Part shown: one piece after another, positions 45,024 through 54,113 of the stretch
How positions within the stretch are numbered: position 1 is the first letter of the stretch
How the letters are laid out: every line of letters starts with the position of its first letter
From: a virus
Lineage: Duplodnaviria > Caudoviricetes
Virus record (IMG/VR): IMGVR_UViG_3300021962_000141
Location: 1-54,113 of that record
Strand: one strand, 5' to 3'
DNA: 54,113 bases
The notes under the pieces: model-generated
Databases searched by the model: none
The model's input: the letters and a program-made list of their open reading frames with translations, nothing else
What the model was told of the DNA's origin: nothing
Translations under genes and position numbers: made by a program

Positions 45024-48000
45024 CCTCGATAATATACTTCGTTTTCTGGTGCTATATTGATTAAATTCGTTGTAGGATAATTCGTATCTTCGAAATTTCC
45101 TGTGCCTATTTCTAAGAAATCGTGTCCGGTCAGACGAACTTGGCTGTATTTTTCTCGTATTTCAATTGGAGCATTATGCTCAGGTGTTGTGGTTCTATTA
45201 AAATCAGGACCTACTCGTATAGCCAATCTATAATTTCCTGGAGACCCGCTTAGAACATCAACAGTTAATACTCTGTAAACTCTATTATCAGTACCATCCG
45301 AAGCTACAGCCGCATCATCATCGGCTAAAACAAGATATTTGTTTAGTCCTGCTACTGCAGCTGATGGGCTTGATAGAGGGAACTCTCTTTCCAACCACGA
45401 ATCGCCCAGTCTAGATGAATATGCGGCGGAGCCTGTACCAGAAAACATTACAAATTTTCTATTAGCGAATATTAACAATGCCCAATCATCTACAGCAGGC
45501 CCGGTTTCGGCATCCCATGTATTTCCATCATCTTCCGATACAGCTATTTCGTCTGTATTTCGGGCAATGATCAACACTCTGTCATTACCATAGGCAATAT
45601 CAGACCATTCAGCAGTGCTAGTTAATGATCTCAATATCCAAGCCTGTCCATCGACAGATAATGCTATTTTGTCGTTGTTGGTAGATATCGCTATAAAATT
45701 GTTGGCGCCATGTCTTACTTTAATCCACTGAGCACTGGTTGGTAAAGATGAAGTTTGCCAAGTCACACCGTCGTCGACGGAATATAAAGAAGAAGCCGAC
45801 CCATTAGAGACAACAACCCATTTTCCGTTCAAGTAATCTACAGATGACCAATTGGCGTTTGGCACTGTAACAGTAGTCCATGTTACTCCATCGGTGCTTC
45901 TAGCGAATGTCGTTCCGTAGGCCACTGCTATATACACTCCATTGCCGAATTTTATATCGCGCCAATCTCGCTGTACAGAAATAGTAGAACTTGTCCACCC
46001 TTCACCGTTAGCCGAATACACTATCTGTGTTGGTCCTAATCCTTGAGAGACTATACCTACAAACTTATCTGCGCCAGCAGTAACCCCTGCCCATGGACCA
46101 GATATGGGCAGCACAGAGGGTGTCCAATTTATCAGATTTAATTCAAAGTTAGCACCGGTTCTAACAACTCTAGGTACGCCGTCGACAATGATATCGCCGC
46201 CTAGAGGATAAACATCAGCATGGCCGTCGCCACTTACAGTTACTCTAGTAGTAGATGTTTTATAACCAATACCTCGATTCAGAAATGTTGGATTTGCTAG
46301 AACACCGTTGCCTATCCTAAATTCGTAATTTGGCTGTGATGTTGACACAGGATCTGAAAAAGTAAACACTGGCTGAGCATTATATCCGCTACCGGGTTCC
46401 CAAATTTTCATACTAGATATACGGCCGCCAGTGATTGTTGGTCTTCCTCTAAATGTCGCACCGTATTGAAATGTGTCTACTGTACCAGAATCTATAGATA
46501 ACAACACCCACCTTCCTCGGGTAGTTGTATTAGGAACAAACGCTAGAGCATCTCTACCGATTGAGCCCCCAACAAGTGACATTAACTGCCAAGCCCATCC
46601 GCCGCTGTCTGAAACAGCAACATAAGATGTAGATGCTGTGCTCACTGCGACAAATAGACCTTGGTCGTAGCTGATTCTTCTCCATGCGGTGTCAAACGGT
46701 AATGTTGACAGGTACCATGTAACGCCATCGAAGCTATAAGCAACAGCATTGGTATTTGACGATATGGCTACGAATCGATTGTTACCGTAGCACATATCGG
46801 TCCATGCCGGCTGTGTAGAATCTCCAAAAGCAGGAATATCCGATCCTGCTGCCCAGGTAATACCGTCTGTACTTGTAGCAGTTTTTCCGGTTGTAGAAAT
46901 AATCACAAATTTATTTTTACCGTAGGCCGCTGCTGTCCATGGAGCAGTAGGTGTAGATCTTAGATTCCACGAACCAGAACTGTAAACAGCCACTGAATTT
47001 GTAGTTGTTGGTGCTGTAGCCACAAAAATACCGTTGCCGCCAGCGATATTTGTACAGCCGTTAATACCGATGTTAGCATCGATCGAAGAAAATGTAAAGG
47101 ATGAAGGACTCCAGGTTCCAACGATAGCAGATGTACCGTTAGTAACTGCTGCGATCTTACTAGCGCCATCCCATGCTACTGCTGTATAAAAATCCACGTT
47201 AATAGTTGATGTATCTATAGCAAGATTAGTTTCGTCAGTGCCTATAAAAATAGTTCCGGCACTTCCTGCGCCGTTTCTTCCGGTTGCGACTAGTCTGCCT
47301 ACTTCTTTTATATAGATAGCATCTGTAAAATAATTAATAATCCCTGCCTGCGAATTACTAACAAACGTAGGAGCTGCGGTAATGGGTCGAGGTTCTATTC
47401 TGTATACAGATGTTGTGTCTAATAATGTTGCTAACGGATAACCCGGAATAGTATGGGTCCATCCAAGAGCACCGTCGTATTCATTGTAAACATCAATCCT
47501 CTTAGTTACTATATCGTAGAATCCCACTGTACCGTATTGGCCTGTTCCTGTACCGCTGGTTATAATAATTCTACAGCCAATATAATCTGTTTCTAATGCT
47601 TCATCGTTAGATGCGATAGTAATACCTGTAGTGTCGCCGCCCTGAGCATTGTTACCCACTGATTGAAAGCCGCCGCCACCTAGGAATTCTCCCTCGTCAG
47701 GATCTAACAGCCTCCATTCAAATACTCCACCGTCGCGGAATTCATCTGCGATCACAGAAGCACCTACTCCAGAACCAACAAAACTAAATGTTGCTGATGT
47801 ATATTCCGAGCCTGCGTTTGAAAATTCTAAATTTAAAATCTCATCGTTGGCTTCGCCTGAGAACGCAGAAGCAACGATAGCGTCGCCTGTCCTATTATTA
47901 ATATTTCCTTCAGCAGGTGTCTCGGTTTCGTCAACTCCTTCTGCTACGCAACCATATGTTCCGTAAGATGAGTTACCGTTAGTAGCACGTATCTTACCAC

Positions 48001-48121
48001 CATTTTCAGCTAGATAACCCATATGTCCGTAGTATGAGAACACAGACACAAGTTCTGATAAACCATTATTTGTTACCCAAGCACCGATGCCATCGCTGAG
48101 AACCTGTGTGAAGTCGTTGGC
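41277..48121. repeat. Near-identical blocks between the paralogues
   Basis: 41277-41367 vs 47967-48057 (84/91 identical by hand alignment); 41403-41431 vs 48093-48121 (29/29). Confidence 0.85.
44513..44518 (-). promoter_or_regulatory. T4-like late promoter (leadered)
   Basis: TAAATA 24 nt upstream of ATG 44488 with GGAG SD. Confidence 0.6.
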
Positions 48122-50218
48122 AACGATAGATCTGTTACCACCATTGTGTAATGCTCCGTCGACTTTTAATCCTACACAACCATTACCGAACGTAGTTACG
48201 TTCTGTACATAACAGGATTTTGTAGTAATCCATACAGAACTATCTGTTGGTCCTAGGCCTGGATCTAGAGAAACATAAGCACCGGCGGTTGGTCTACGAG
48301 TTCCATATTGGTTAATGCTGCTTAGAGACCCGTTTAGCCCCCGCAATGTCATGTTTCTAATACCAGAACCATTGTTAACATAGAACATGTCTGACAATCT
48401 ATAATCCAAAGGATCTGCGTAAGGATCGCCGTCTACATCATAAGAAATATTGTCTGGATCGTATAATGGTTCAATTATTGTGCTTCTTAGTTCTTCGCCG
48501 ACTATGGCAATGTCTTTAGGAACACGTATAGGCAGAATTTCAGAATATACGCCCGATTTAACAAAAATCGTAGCAGGACCGATGGCAAATCCGCAGGCAT
48601 ATCTTACAGTTCTAAACGCACTGTTAAGGCTTGTTCCGTTATCTGGGGCATCGACTCCCTCTGTACTAACATAATAGACCTTCTGCGTCTGATTAAATGT
48701 TTCCCAGCTTGGAATACTATCAACTACTCGCAATGCCTGGCCAACAACACCGATCGGTAATCTTGTTTGGTCTAGGCTGCTGCCATCATCGGTCAGTCCA
48801 TAGACCTTGATATCTCCTTGATACCTCAGACTGTTTGTGGGCTCGCCTCTGATTAACAGAGTCCACAGATTATTATCGTAGTCGTTGTCGGGCCTCTGGT
48901 TAATATTGGAAGCTAAGTGCTTTGTTAGACACCTATAAGTATTATCTTCAAAAGCTACTATATCACCTATAGCATAAGTTTCATTCAATTCCCATTCTTT
49001 TCTATATTTTTCTCCTGGGATAACTAATTCCCATCCGATGGGATCTACGTTAGGATCTGTTATATTATCTGCGATCGCGGTGTATAATTGTCCATTGCGT
49101 CTAATAGTATCGCCAACAAAGTAAGCAGTGTTGTTAGCCCACTCGCCTAGAATCCTATATCCAATAGATAATAACTTCCAGAAAGCAATTGAGCTGTCGT
49201 CATTTTGTGCGGCCGAGGTCGCAGGATTTTGACCCGTATTGTTATTCAAGGCTTCGTAGGCATATCCGCCGTACCGTACAACGTCACCGCGTTGATACAC
49301 CGTGTTAGTATCCCACTCATTTTCAAATTCGAAACCTAGGATGTAGACCTGCCATTTGGTTAGATCAAACTCGTCTGTGCTGGTATGGTGATCTACACAG
49401 ATCCAAACATTGCCGCCATATTTTACTAGGTCATTAAGTTTATATCTAAATCCTGGAGTAGCAGGTGTTAACACTTCTGGGACCCAATCGCCTTTATATT
49501 CGATATTTTTATAAACGATTTCCCAGGCGGCTTGATTAGCTTCGAGACCATCAGCGGCAGTTGATGCTGAAGTGTGTCCATCGACGCAACGATAAACAAT
49601 ACCACCGTATTTGATAATATCATTTTTTCTATATCGTCTATTTGTCGTCCATGCTTGACGCCATTGTTGTGCGGGATTTACTATTTCCCAATCAGCGAAA
49701 TTGCCTTCTAAACCTGTAGTGACATCACTGGAAATATTCCTAGCCACACAACGATATACTATACCATTGTATTTTACTACATCTCTAACAGAATATATCG
49801 TGCTGGTCTGCCAGTCCCCTTTCCATTCGTCGGATCTAGCATAAGATACCCAGTGGCTTTGATCACCTTCTAAGCCGATAGTTTCTGTATTTGAAGTGTG
49901 CGAGCTGACACAGACATATGAGATAGCCTTATATTTGACAATATCTCCGACATTGTATACGGTTAATGGAGTCCAGTCGCCACGCCATTCGTATCCATCA
50001 AACATTAACTCCCAACGAGGATCGTCAGACGCCGGAATAGTTTCTTGATTTATAAAGTTAAGATCAGCATAAAAACTCTGGGTAGACGATGTATGTCGTT
50101 TGATACAGACATAACTCTTTCCTCCAAATCTTACGATATCATCTCTGATATAGTTAAAGTCAGGTTGCCAGTCCCCTTTCCAGGTAAACTTTATTCTACT
50201 AATCTTATATTCTGCCAT
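44531..50218 (-). CDS. Giant virion protein B (1895 aa), paralogue of 38492-44488
   Basis: MAEYKISRIKFTWKGDW vs MAEFKLGRIRFIWKGEW; shared CYVQNVTTFG, NDFTQVLSDGIG, GKIRATNGNSSYG, YSQVRLTGHDFL; two Asp-box clusters. Confidence 0.88.
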   Translation of the reverse strand: MAEYKISRIKFTWKGDWQPDFNYIRDDIVRFGGKSYVCIKRHTSSTQSFYADLNFINQETIPASDDPRWELMFDGYEWRGDWTPLTVYNVGDIVKYKAISYVCVSSHTSNTETIGLEGDQSHWVSYARSDEWKGDWQTSTIYSVRDVVKYNGIVYRCVARNISSDVTTGLEGNFADWEIVNPAQQWRQAWTTNRRYRKNDIIKYGGIVYRCVDGHTSASTAADGLEANQAAWEIVYKNIEYKGDWVPEVLTPATPGFRYKLNDLVKYGGNVWICVDHHTSTDEFDLTKWQVYILGFEFENEWDTNTVYQRGDVVRYGGYAYEALNNNTGQNPATSAAQNDDSSIAFWKLLSIGYRILGEWANNTAYFVGDTIRRNGQLYTAIADNITDPNVDPIGWELVIPGEKYRKEWELNETYAIGDIVAFEDNTYRCLTKHLASNINQRPDNDYDNNLWTLLIRGEPTNSLRYQGDIKVYGLTDDGSSLDQTRLPIGVVGQALRVVDSIPSWETFNQTQKVYYVSTEGVDAPDNGTSLNSAFRTVRYACGFAIGPATIFVKSGVYSEILPIRVPKDIAIVGEELRSTIIEPLYDPDNISYDVDGDPYADPLDYRLSDMFYVNNGSGIRNMTLRGLNGSLSSINQYGTRRPTAGAYVSLDPGLGPTDSSVWITTKSCYVQNVTTFGNGCVGLKVDGALHNGGNRSIVANDFTQVLSDGIGAWVTNNGLSELVSVFSYYGHMGYLAENGGKIRATNGNSSYGTYGCVAEGVDETETPAEGNINNRTGDAIVASAFSGEANDEILNLEFSNAGSEYTSATFSFVGSGVGASVIADEFRDGGVFEWRLLDPDEGEFLGGGGFQSVGNNAQGGDTTGITIASNDEALETDYIGCRIIITSGTGTGQYGTVGFYDIVTKRIDVYNEYDGALGWTHTIPGYPLATLLDTTSVYRIEPRPITAAPTFVSNSQAGIINYFTDAIYIKEVGRLVATGRNGAGSAGTIFIGTDETNLAIDTSTINVDFYTAVAWDGASKIAAVTNGTSAIVGTWSPSSFTFSSIDANIGINGCTNIAGGNGIFVATAPTTTNSVAVYSSGSWNLRSTPTAPWTAAAYGKNKFVIISTTGKTATSTDGITWAAGSDIPAFGDSTQPAWTDMCYGNNRFVAISSNTNAVAYSFDGVTWYLSTLPFDTAWRRISYDQGLFVAVSTASTSYVAVSDSGGWAWQLMSLVGGSIGRDALAFVPNTTTRGRWVLLSIDSGTVDTFQYGATFRGRPTITGGRISSMKIWEPGSGYNAQPVFTFSDPVSTSQPNYEFRIGNGVLANPTFLNRGIGYKTSTTRVTVSGDGHADVYPLGGDIIVDGVPRVVRTGANFELNLINWTPSVLPISGPWAGVTAGADKFVGIVSQGLGPTQIVYSANGEGWTSSTISVQRDWRDIKFGNGVYIAVAYGTTFARSTDGVTWTTVTVPNANWSSVDYLNGKWVVVSNGSASSLYSVDDGVTWQTSSLPTSAQWIKVRHGANNFIAISTNNDKIALSVDGQAWILRSLTSTAEWSDIAYGNDRVLIIARNTDEIAVSEDDGNTWDAETGPAVDDWALLIFANRKFVMFSGTGSAAYSSRLGDSWLEREFPLSSPSAAVAGLNKYLVLADDDAAVASDGTDNRVYRVLTVDVLSGSPGNYRLAIRVGPDFNRTTTPEHNAPIEIREKYSQVRLTGHDFLEIGTGNFEDTNYPTTNLINIAPENEVYYRGGGRVFYTSTDQDGNFRVGELFAVEQATGVVTISADYFDLGGLSELRLGGIRVGGTGVVIREFSTDVTFAADSNNIVPTERAIKAYIERRISGGGSEAATGTLIAGTVRIGGPNNIGSTTGTYVNLPRNMNIKKGISGMMLAMSMFSDSFNSNLDGQEVGRDLG

Positions 50219-50228
50219 AATTTATCTC

Positions 50229-50588
50229 TTAAATTCCTGCCGGATACTGATATTCTTCGCTAATACGAACTACCAGTTGTCCGTCTTCGTCGATGTAATA
50301 ATATAAATTTCTATTATCCCACCTGTACTGTTGATAGATAAGATTTCCATAAACATTATCGTGGTTAACATCGATGCCTTCTAAAAAATCAATACCAACT
50401 TCAAAATCATTATAGTTGTCTTCGGGTACTCCGGGTTGATTGATTTCAACTGAATCTTCTGCGGAAAGCTGATCTAGGCGTCCTAGATACAATTCTCCGT
50501 TGTCTGTTCTTCTAAGACCATAAAAAAATCTAGGAACACCAACGCCTAAAATTCCTTCTACATTATAATCACCTATATAATATGTCAT
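50229..50588 (-). CDS. Hypothetical protein, probably structural
   Basis: 119-aa acidic/aromatic ORF with SD AGGGGA in a structural operon. Confidence 0.75.
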   Translation of the reverse strand: MTYYIGDYNVEGILGVGVPRFFYGLRRTDNGELYLGRLDQLSAEDSVEINQPGVPEDNYNDFEVGIDFLEGIDVNHDNVYGNLIYQQYRWDNRNLYYYIDEDGQLVVRISEEYQYPAGI

Positions 50589-50599
50589 AACTGTTCCCC

Positions 50600-50929
50600 T
50601 TATACGATCTCAACATAACTTACTATAACGTCGGCAGCATTTTCTCTGTCAGCAGATGCTGCTAATAAATTGTTTTCTGCCATGACTAATTTTTCGCCGC
50701 CGTTAATCACACGCAGACTTTGGTTTGGCGGAATGGTGACATCTTTGATAAAATATCCTGTAGTAGATGTATTGTCGGTTAAAGTGATACTGACTTTGAT
50801 TACAGCAGTAGTTAGATTAGTCATGCTTAGGCCGATAACTGTTACACGGCTAGCGGCAGTAGTTTCTACCATATGTGTAGATACTGTTCCTAAATCTTTC
50901 ACCACTTTGTTTCTAAAAAATGTTGCCAT
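50600..50929 (-). CDS. Small beta-rich virion protein
   Basis: VIGLSMTN...Y.IKDV.IPP.QSL....GEKLV...DVIVSYVEI. Confidence 0.75.
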   Translation of the reverse strand: MATFFRNKVVKDLGTVSTHMVETTAASRVTVIGLSMTNLTTAVIKVSITLTDNTSTTGYFIKDVTIPPNQSLRVINGGEKLVMAENNLLAASADRENAADVIVSYVEIV

Positions 50930-50935
50930 TTATAA

Positions 50936-53900
50936 TCATCCAAAAATTAATGCTGTAGTAATCGCTAACCCTTCAGCTTCTGAATATGTTATGCCAGTAC
51001 CCGAACTACCTGCTGCTGAAACCCACGTAACGCCGTCATAAACTTCAACACGCTGGTCTGTGGTATTAAATCGCATCATACCAGTTTCAAACAATACACC
51101 GCGTTCGACGTTTGTTCCTCTCGGAAGAACAAAACCATTAGTACCGTCAATCTTGAAATACCCTGTACCTGTTTGGTTAAATGAAGTTATAGCATCGTTC
51201 TGTGTGTTTGTGATCGTGTTGTTTCGTATGGCAAAAACACCAATAACTGTGCTACCAGTGCCGTTTGGAGCTAATACTAGGTTTCCGTTGGCATTAGTAG
51301 TAGAAATCGTATTACCAGTGATATTTATATTGCCGACATTGACGTTGCTAGTAGAAAAATCTGTGGCGTTTAGGGTAGCACGATTTAACCCGTTGATATA
51401 AAAGCTGATTACATTATCGTTGGCGCCGGGAGTTGTTTCTGCCGTGATATAGGTATTTTCATCTAGATCGTAGACTCCGTCTAGCCTACGCCAATTAGAT
51501 CCGTCGTGACCTTCGTAATAGTTATTATTGGTGTTGTATCTTATTTGACCTGCTTGGCCTACGGGTCTTTCAGCAGTAGTACCTCTAGGTAGCCTTACGG
51601 CCTGTGTGCCTTGGAAATCTACTATACCTGTACCGTTTGGTGCTACTATTAAATTAGTGTTGGTTAGAGTAGATATCTGATTTTGATTTACTATAACTGA
51701 TTCTAATTCTATACCGCCAGTACCATTGGCACGTAATTCTAGATTAGTATTAGATGTACTAGTTGTTATTAGATTTCCGCTGATCGTTATAGAACCTAGA
51801 TTAATTACTGGTGCTGTTATAGAACTAGATGCTATAATATCTGTGGTAGTTACATCACCTGAAACATTTAAATTTTGTGTAATTTCAACATCGTTAAACG
51901 GTGCTGTGATTATTCCGCTGCCTGTGGCTTGGAAAGTTAGATCACTACCCGGTGTAGTTGTCCTAATTACATTACCTTCAACACGTATGTTGCTGTACTG
52001 GACTGTTCCGGTAATGTTCATATTACCTGTTAGGTTATATGCTCCTGTTTGATTTACAGTACCTGTGTGATTAGCAGTACCGCTGTGCGTTAATGTTCCG
52101 GTGATCTGTGTGTTGTTTAATTCAACATCTGTAGTAATTACGAGATTTCCATTAACAATTAAATCGGTATTATCGATTACTACCGAACCGGTTCCGTTAG
52201 CACGTAATTCAAGATCTGAATTTGATAAAGTAGTTGTGATTCTATTTCCACGCACAACAATATCGCCGGTATCTATCTCGTTTGACTGTAAAGAACCAAA
52301 TGTACCGATAACATTGTTAGCATACAAGGTGCCGTTAACAAACAGATCGTTTTCAATTAAAACATCATTTTCTGGAACATAAATTATCCCGGAACCCGGA
52401 GCATCTAAAACTAGATTAAATCCGTTTATCGACGATATCTGATTACCGTTTATCTGTATGTCGGCAATTTCAGCTAGACCACTTACTTCAAGATTTCCGT
52501 TGAGAGTATAATCACCAGTTTGTGTTGTGTTTCCAGTATGTAAAGTGTCGCCTATCTGTGTTAACGTTCCTGTTATATCGGTATCTTGGAGATCTGTATT
52601 TCCTTGTACAGTTAGATCATTTTGAACTAATAGATCAGCATCAGGTACAACTACTTTTCCTGCTCCGTTAGCACGTAATTCAAGATCTGAATTTGATAAA
52701 GTAGTTGTGATAAAATTATTTTGTATTTGTATATCGCTAGTCTGTACTATTTCTGTTTGTAAGATTGTCAGAGATAAATTTTCAACTGTTAGCGTGCCAT
52801 TTACTGTAAGGTCTTGTCCAACTAATACATCATTGTTAGGTACGTAGACTATTCCGGCACCGCTGGCAAACAGTTCTAAGTTGCTATTTGAATCGGTGGT
52901 ATAGAGTTGATTGCCGTCTATCCTAATATCTTCAAACTGAGCAAAGGTACCGACTGTTAGATTGCCTGTTAGATTGTAATTTCCTGTGTGGGTAACAGAG
53001 CCAGTCTGTAATAGATCTCCCACATGTGTTACAGTTCCCGTGATATCTGTGGTTGAAAGTGTTGTGGTACCAGTGACTGATAGATCTTGATTTATTAAAG
53101 TGTCGCTGGTTATTTCAACCACACCCGTTCCATCGGCTCTTAATTCTAAATCGCTGTTAGAAAGAGTAGTAAGGATCGTATTATTTTCAATTACGATGTT
53201 ACCGTTAGTATAGCGATCGGCATTTATGTCTGTGGTAATATTTAGAGAATTAGCAGATAATGTTCCGGTAGTAGCTAAATCACCTTGAACTTCGAGATCT
53301 GTTCCGCTAACAATTATATTTCCTGTGCCTGCTGCTCTTAGTTCTAGATCGCTGTTTGACTCAGTGGTAGTAATAACATTATCATCTATTAAGATGTTTT
53401 CAAACTGAGCAGAATTTCCTACAGAAAGATTTCCAGTAATTGACAAGTCACCTGTTTGTGTATGATTTCCTGTTTGTATAATATCGCCGGTGACTGTTAA
53501 TGAACCAACAATATTAGTGTCGGCTAAGGTAGTAGTACCAAGAACTTCGAGGTCTTCATCAACTTGTACATCACTACTTGAAACGTAGATTTTTCCTGTG
53601 CCGTTTGATCTAAGTTCTAGATCAGAATCCGACAGTGTTGTTGTTATAGTGTTTGAAGTTATAACGATATTTTCGTTTCTGATTGTCGTCGAAGTGATCG
53701 TACCGCTGTTGTTTATAGTTGTTCCGATAATCTGACCATTAACGGTTAAGTCTTGGTCTATCTGTACATCATTAGATGGCACATATATTCTTCCCGTGCC
53801 TGCGGCTTCTAATTGTAGATCCTGGTTGCTGTTTTTAGTCCTAATGTTATTTTGAACTATTTCAATATTTTCGAGATCTAAAGAAGCTGAAAAGAAAGAA

Positions 53901-54113
53901 CCGGATACGCTAAGGTCACCATTTTGTACTACATTACCTGTAATGTTAGCATCACCGGTTAATGTTAGCGTTCCGTTGATGTTAGTAGTCTGTAGATTAG
54001 TAGTTCCTATTACAGTAAATGTGTCATTAACTTGTAAATCGTTGTTAGGTATAAGGACTTTGCCGGTACCTGCTGCGGATAATTCTAAATCACTGTTTGA
54101 ATCTAAGGTCGAA
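50936..54113 (-). CDS. Long repetitive fibre protein, 5'-truncated by window end
   Basis: Frame stays open from 53782 to the window end (read by hand: ...DSNSDLELSAAGTGKVLIPNND...); N.ITTT.SNSDLELRA.GTG repeats; two LP.GT..ER...G..R.NT....E..DG..W motifs. Confidence 0.88.
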   Translation of the reverse strand, partial: STLDSNSDLELSAAGTGKVLIPNNDLQVNDTFTVIGTTNLQTTNINGTLTLTGDANITGNVVQNGDLSVSGSFFSASLDLENIEIVQNNIRTKNSNQDLQLEAAGTGRIYVPSNDVQIDQDLTVNGQIIGTTINNSGTITSTTIRNENIVITSNTITTTLSDSDLELRSNGTGKIYVSSSDVQVDEDLEVLGTTTLADTNIVGSLTVTGDIIQTGNHTQTGDLSITGNLSVGNSAQFENILIDDNVITTTESNSDLELRAAGTGNIIVSGTDLEVQGDLATTGTLSANSLNITTDINADRYTNGNIVIENNTILTTLSNSDLELRADGTGVVEITSDTLINQDLSVTGTTTLSTTDITGTVTHVGDLLQTGSVTHTGNYNLTGNLTVGTFAQFEDIRIDGNQLYTTDSNSNLELFASGAGIVYVPNNDVLVGQDLTVNGTLTVENLSLTILQTEIVQTSDIQIQNNFITTTLSNSDLELRANGAGKVVVPDADLLVQNDLTVQGNTDLQDTDITGTLTQIGDTLHTGNTTQTGDYTLNGNLEVSGLAEIADIQINGNQISSINGFNLVLDAPGSGIIYVPENDVLIENDLFVNGTLYANNVIGTFGSLQSNEIDTGDIVVRGNRITTTLSNSDLELRANGTGSVVIDNTDLIVNGNLVITTDVELNNTQITGTLTHSGTANHTGTVNQTGAYNLTGNMNITGTVQYSNIRVEGNVIRTTTPGSDLTFQATGSGIITAPFNDVEITQNLNVSGDVTTTDIIASSSITAPVINLGSITISGNLITTSTSNTNLELRANGTGGIELESVIVNQNQISTLTNTNLIVAPNGTGIVDFQGTQAVRLPRGTTAERPVGQAGQIRYNTNNNYYEGHDGSNWRRLDGVYDLDENTYITAETTPGANDNVISFYINGLNRATLNATDFSTSNVNVGNINITGNTISTTNANGNLVLAPNGTGSTVIGVFAIRNNTITNTQNDAITSFNQTGTGYFKIDGTNGFVLPRGTNVERGVLFETGMMRFNTTDQRVEVYDGVTWVSAAGSSGTGITYSEAEGLAITTALIFG
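52193..52711. repeat. 48-bp exact intragenic repeat (52193-52240 and 52664-52711), 471-nt spacing
   Basis: tccgttagcacgtaattcaagatctgaatttgataaagtagttgtgat in both. Confidence 0.9.

Noticed and set aside
38883-48121. Repeats between the giant paralogues as a DGR template/variable pair
   Set aside because: Both copies are coding, mismatches are mostly third-position and not adenine-specific, and there is no reverse transcriptase in the window.
135-52382. Many short ORFs in the track lying antisense to, or out of frame within, long genes
   Set aside because: They are shadows of well-supported CDSs, with no motifs or initiation signals.
13120-53782. ORF-track starts at 13173, 15012, 19906, 35907 and 53782
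   Set aside because: SD, promoter position, overlaps or paralogue N-termini support 13119, 15054, 19876 and 35805; the last ORF continues past the window end.
1-54113. CRISPR array, tRNA/rRNA, introns/inteins, IS elements, stop-codon recoding
   Set aside because: Intergenic gaps are short and explained by promoters and terminators; no repeat-spacer pattern or cloverleaf seen by eye; terminase and other core genes are uninterrupted in the standard code.
1-54113. Assigning a host or calling this a cyanophage
   Set aside because: No photosynthesis or other host-diagnostic genes in the window; ADP-heptose genes and sigma70 promoters only weakly suggest a Gram-negative host.

Overview
A 54-kb segment of a large T4-like (gp17/gp18/gp19/gp13-15/gp32-type) contractile-tailed phage genome, almost all on the minus strand. 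From left to right it holds the 5' end of a RecA-like uvsX, gp32 SSB, putative internal head proteins, terminase subunits, gp4, tube and sheath, dNMP kinase, neck and tail-terminator genes, then a long run of very large fibre/baseplate-type proteins. Two enzyme cassettes sit among the virion genes. The first is a five-gene ADP-heptose-type operon (HldC, HldA, cupin, HAD phosphatase, HldD). The second is a GT9-like glycosyltransferase plus a NodU/CmcH carbamoyltransferase, directly downstream of three tandem Gly-rich proteins with about 30 Cys each and a chaperone-like gene. Together they suggest a phage-encoded heptosylation/carbamoylation system, possibly acting on virion fibres (inference). 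A regulatory grammar is also visible. TAAATA late promoters often lie exactly 5 nt before an SD-less ATG (leaderless). Each enzyme cassette, and the dNMP kinase gene, has a sigma70-like promoter built into a hairpin that would hide its SD or start codon, or terminate, on read-through late RNA. Protein assignments come from recognising motifs by eye; no database search was run.
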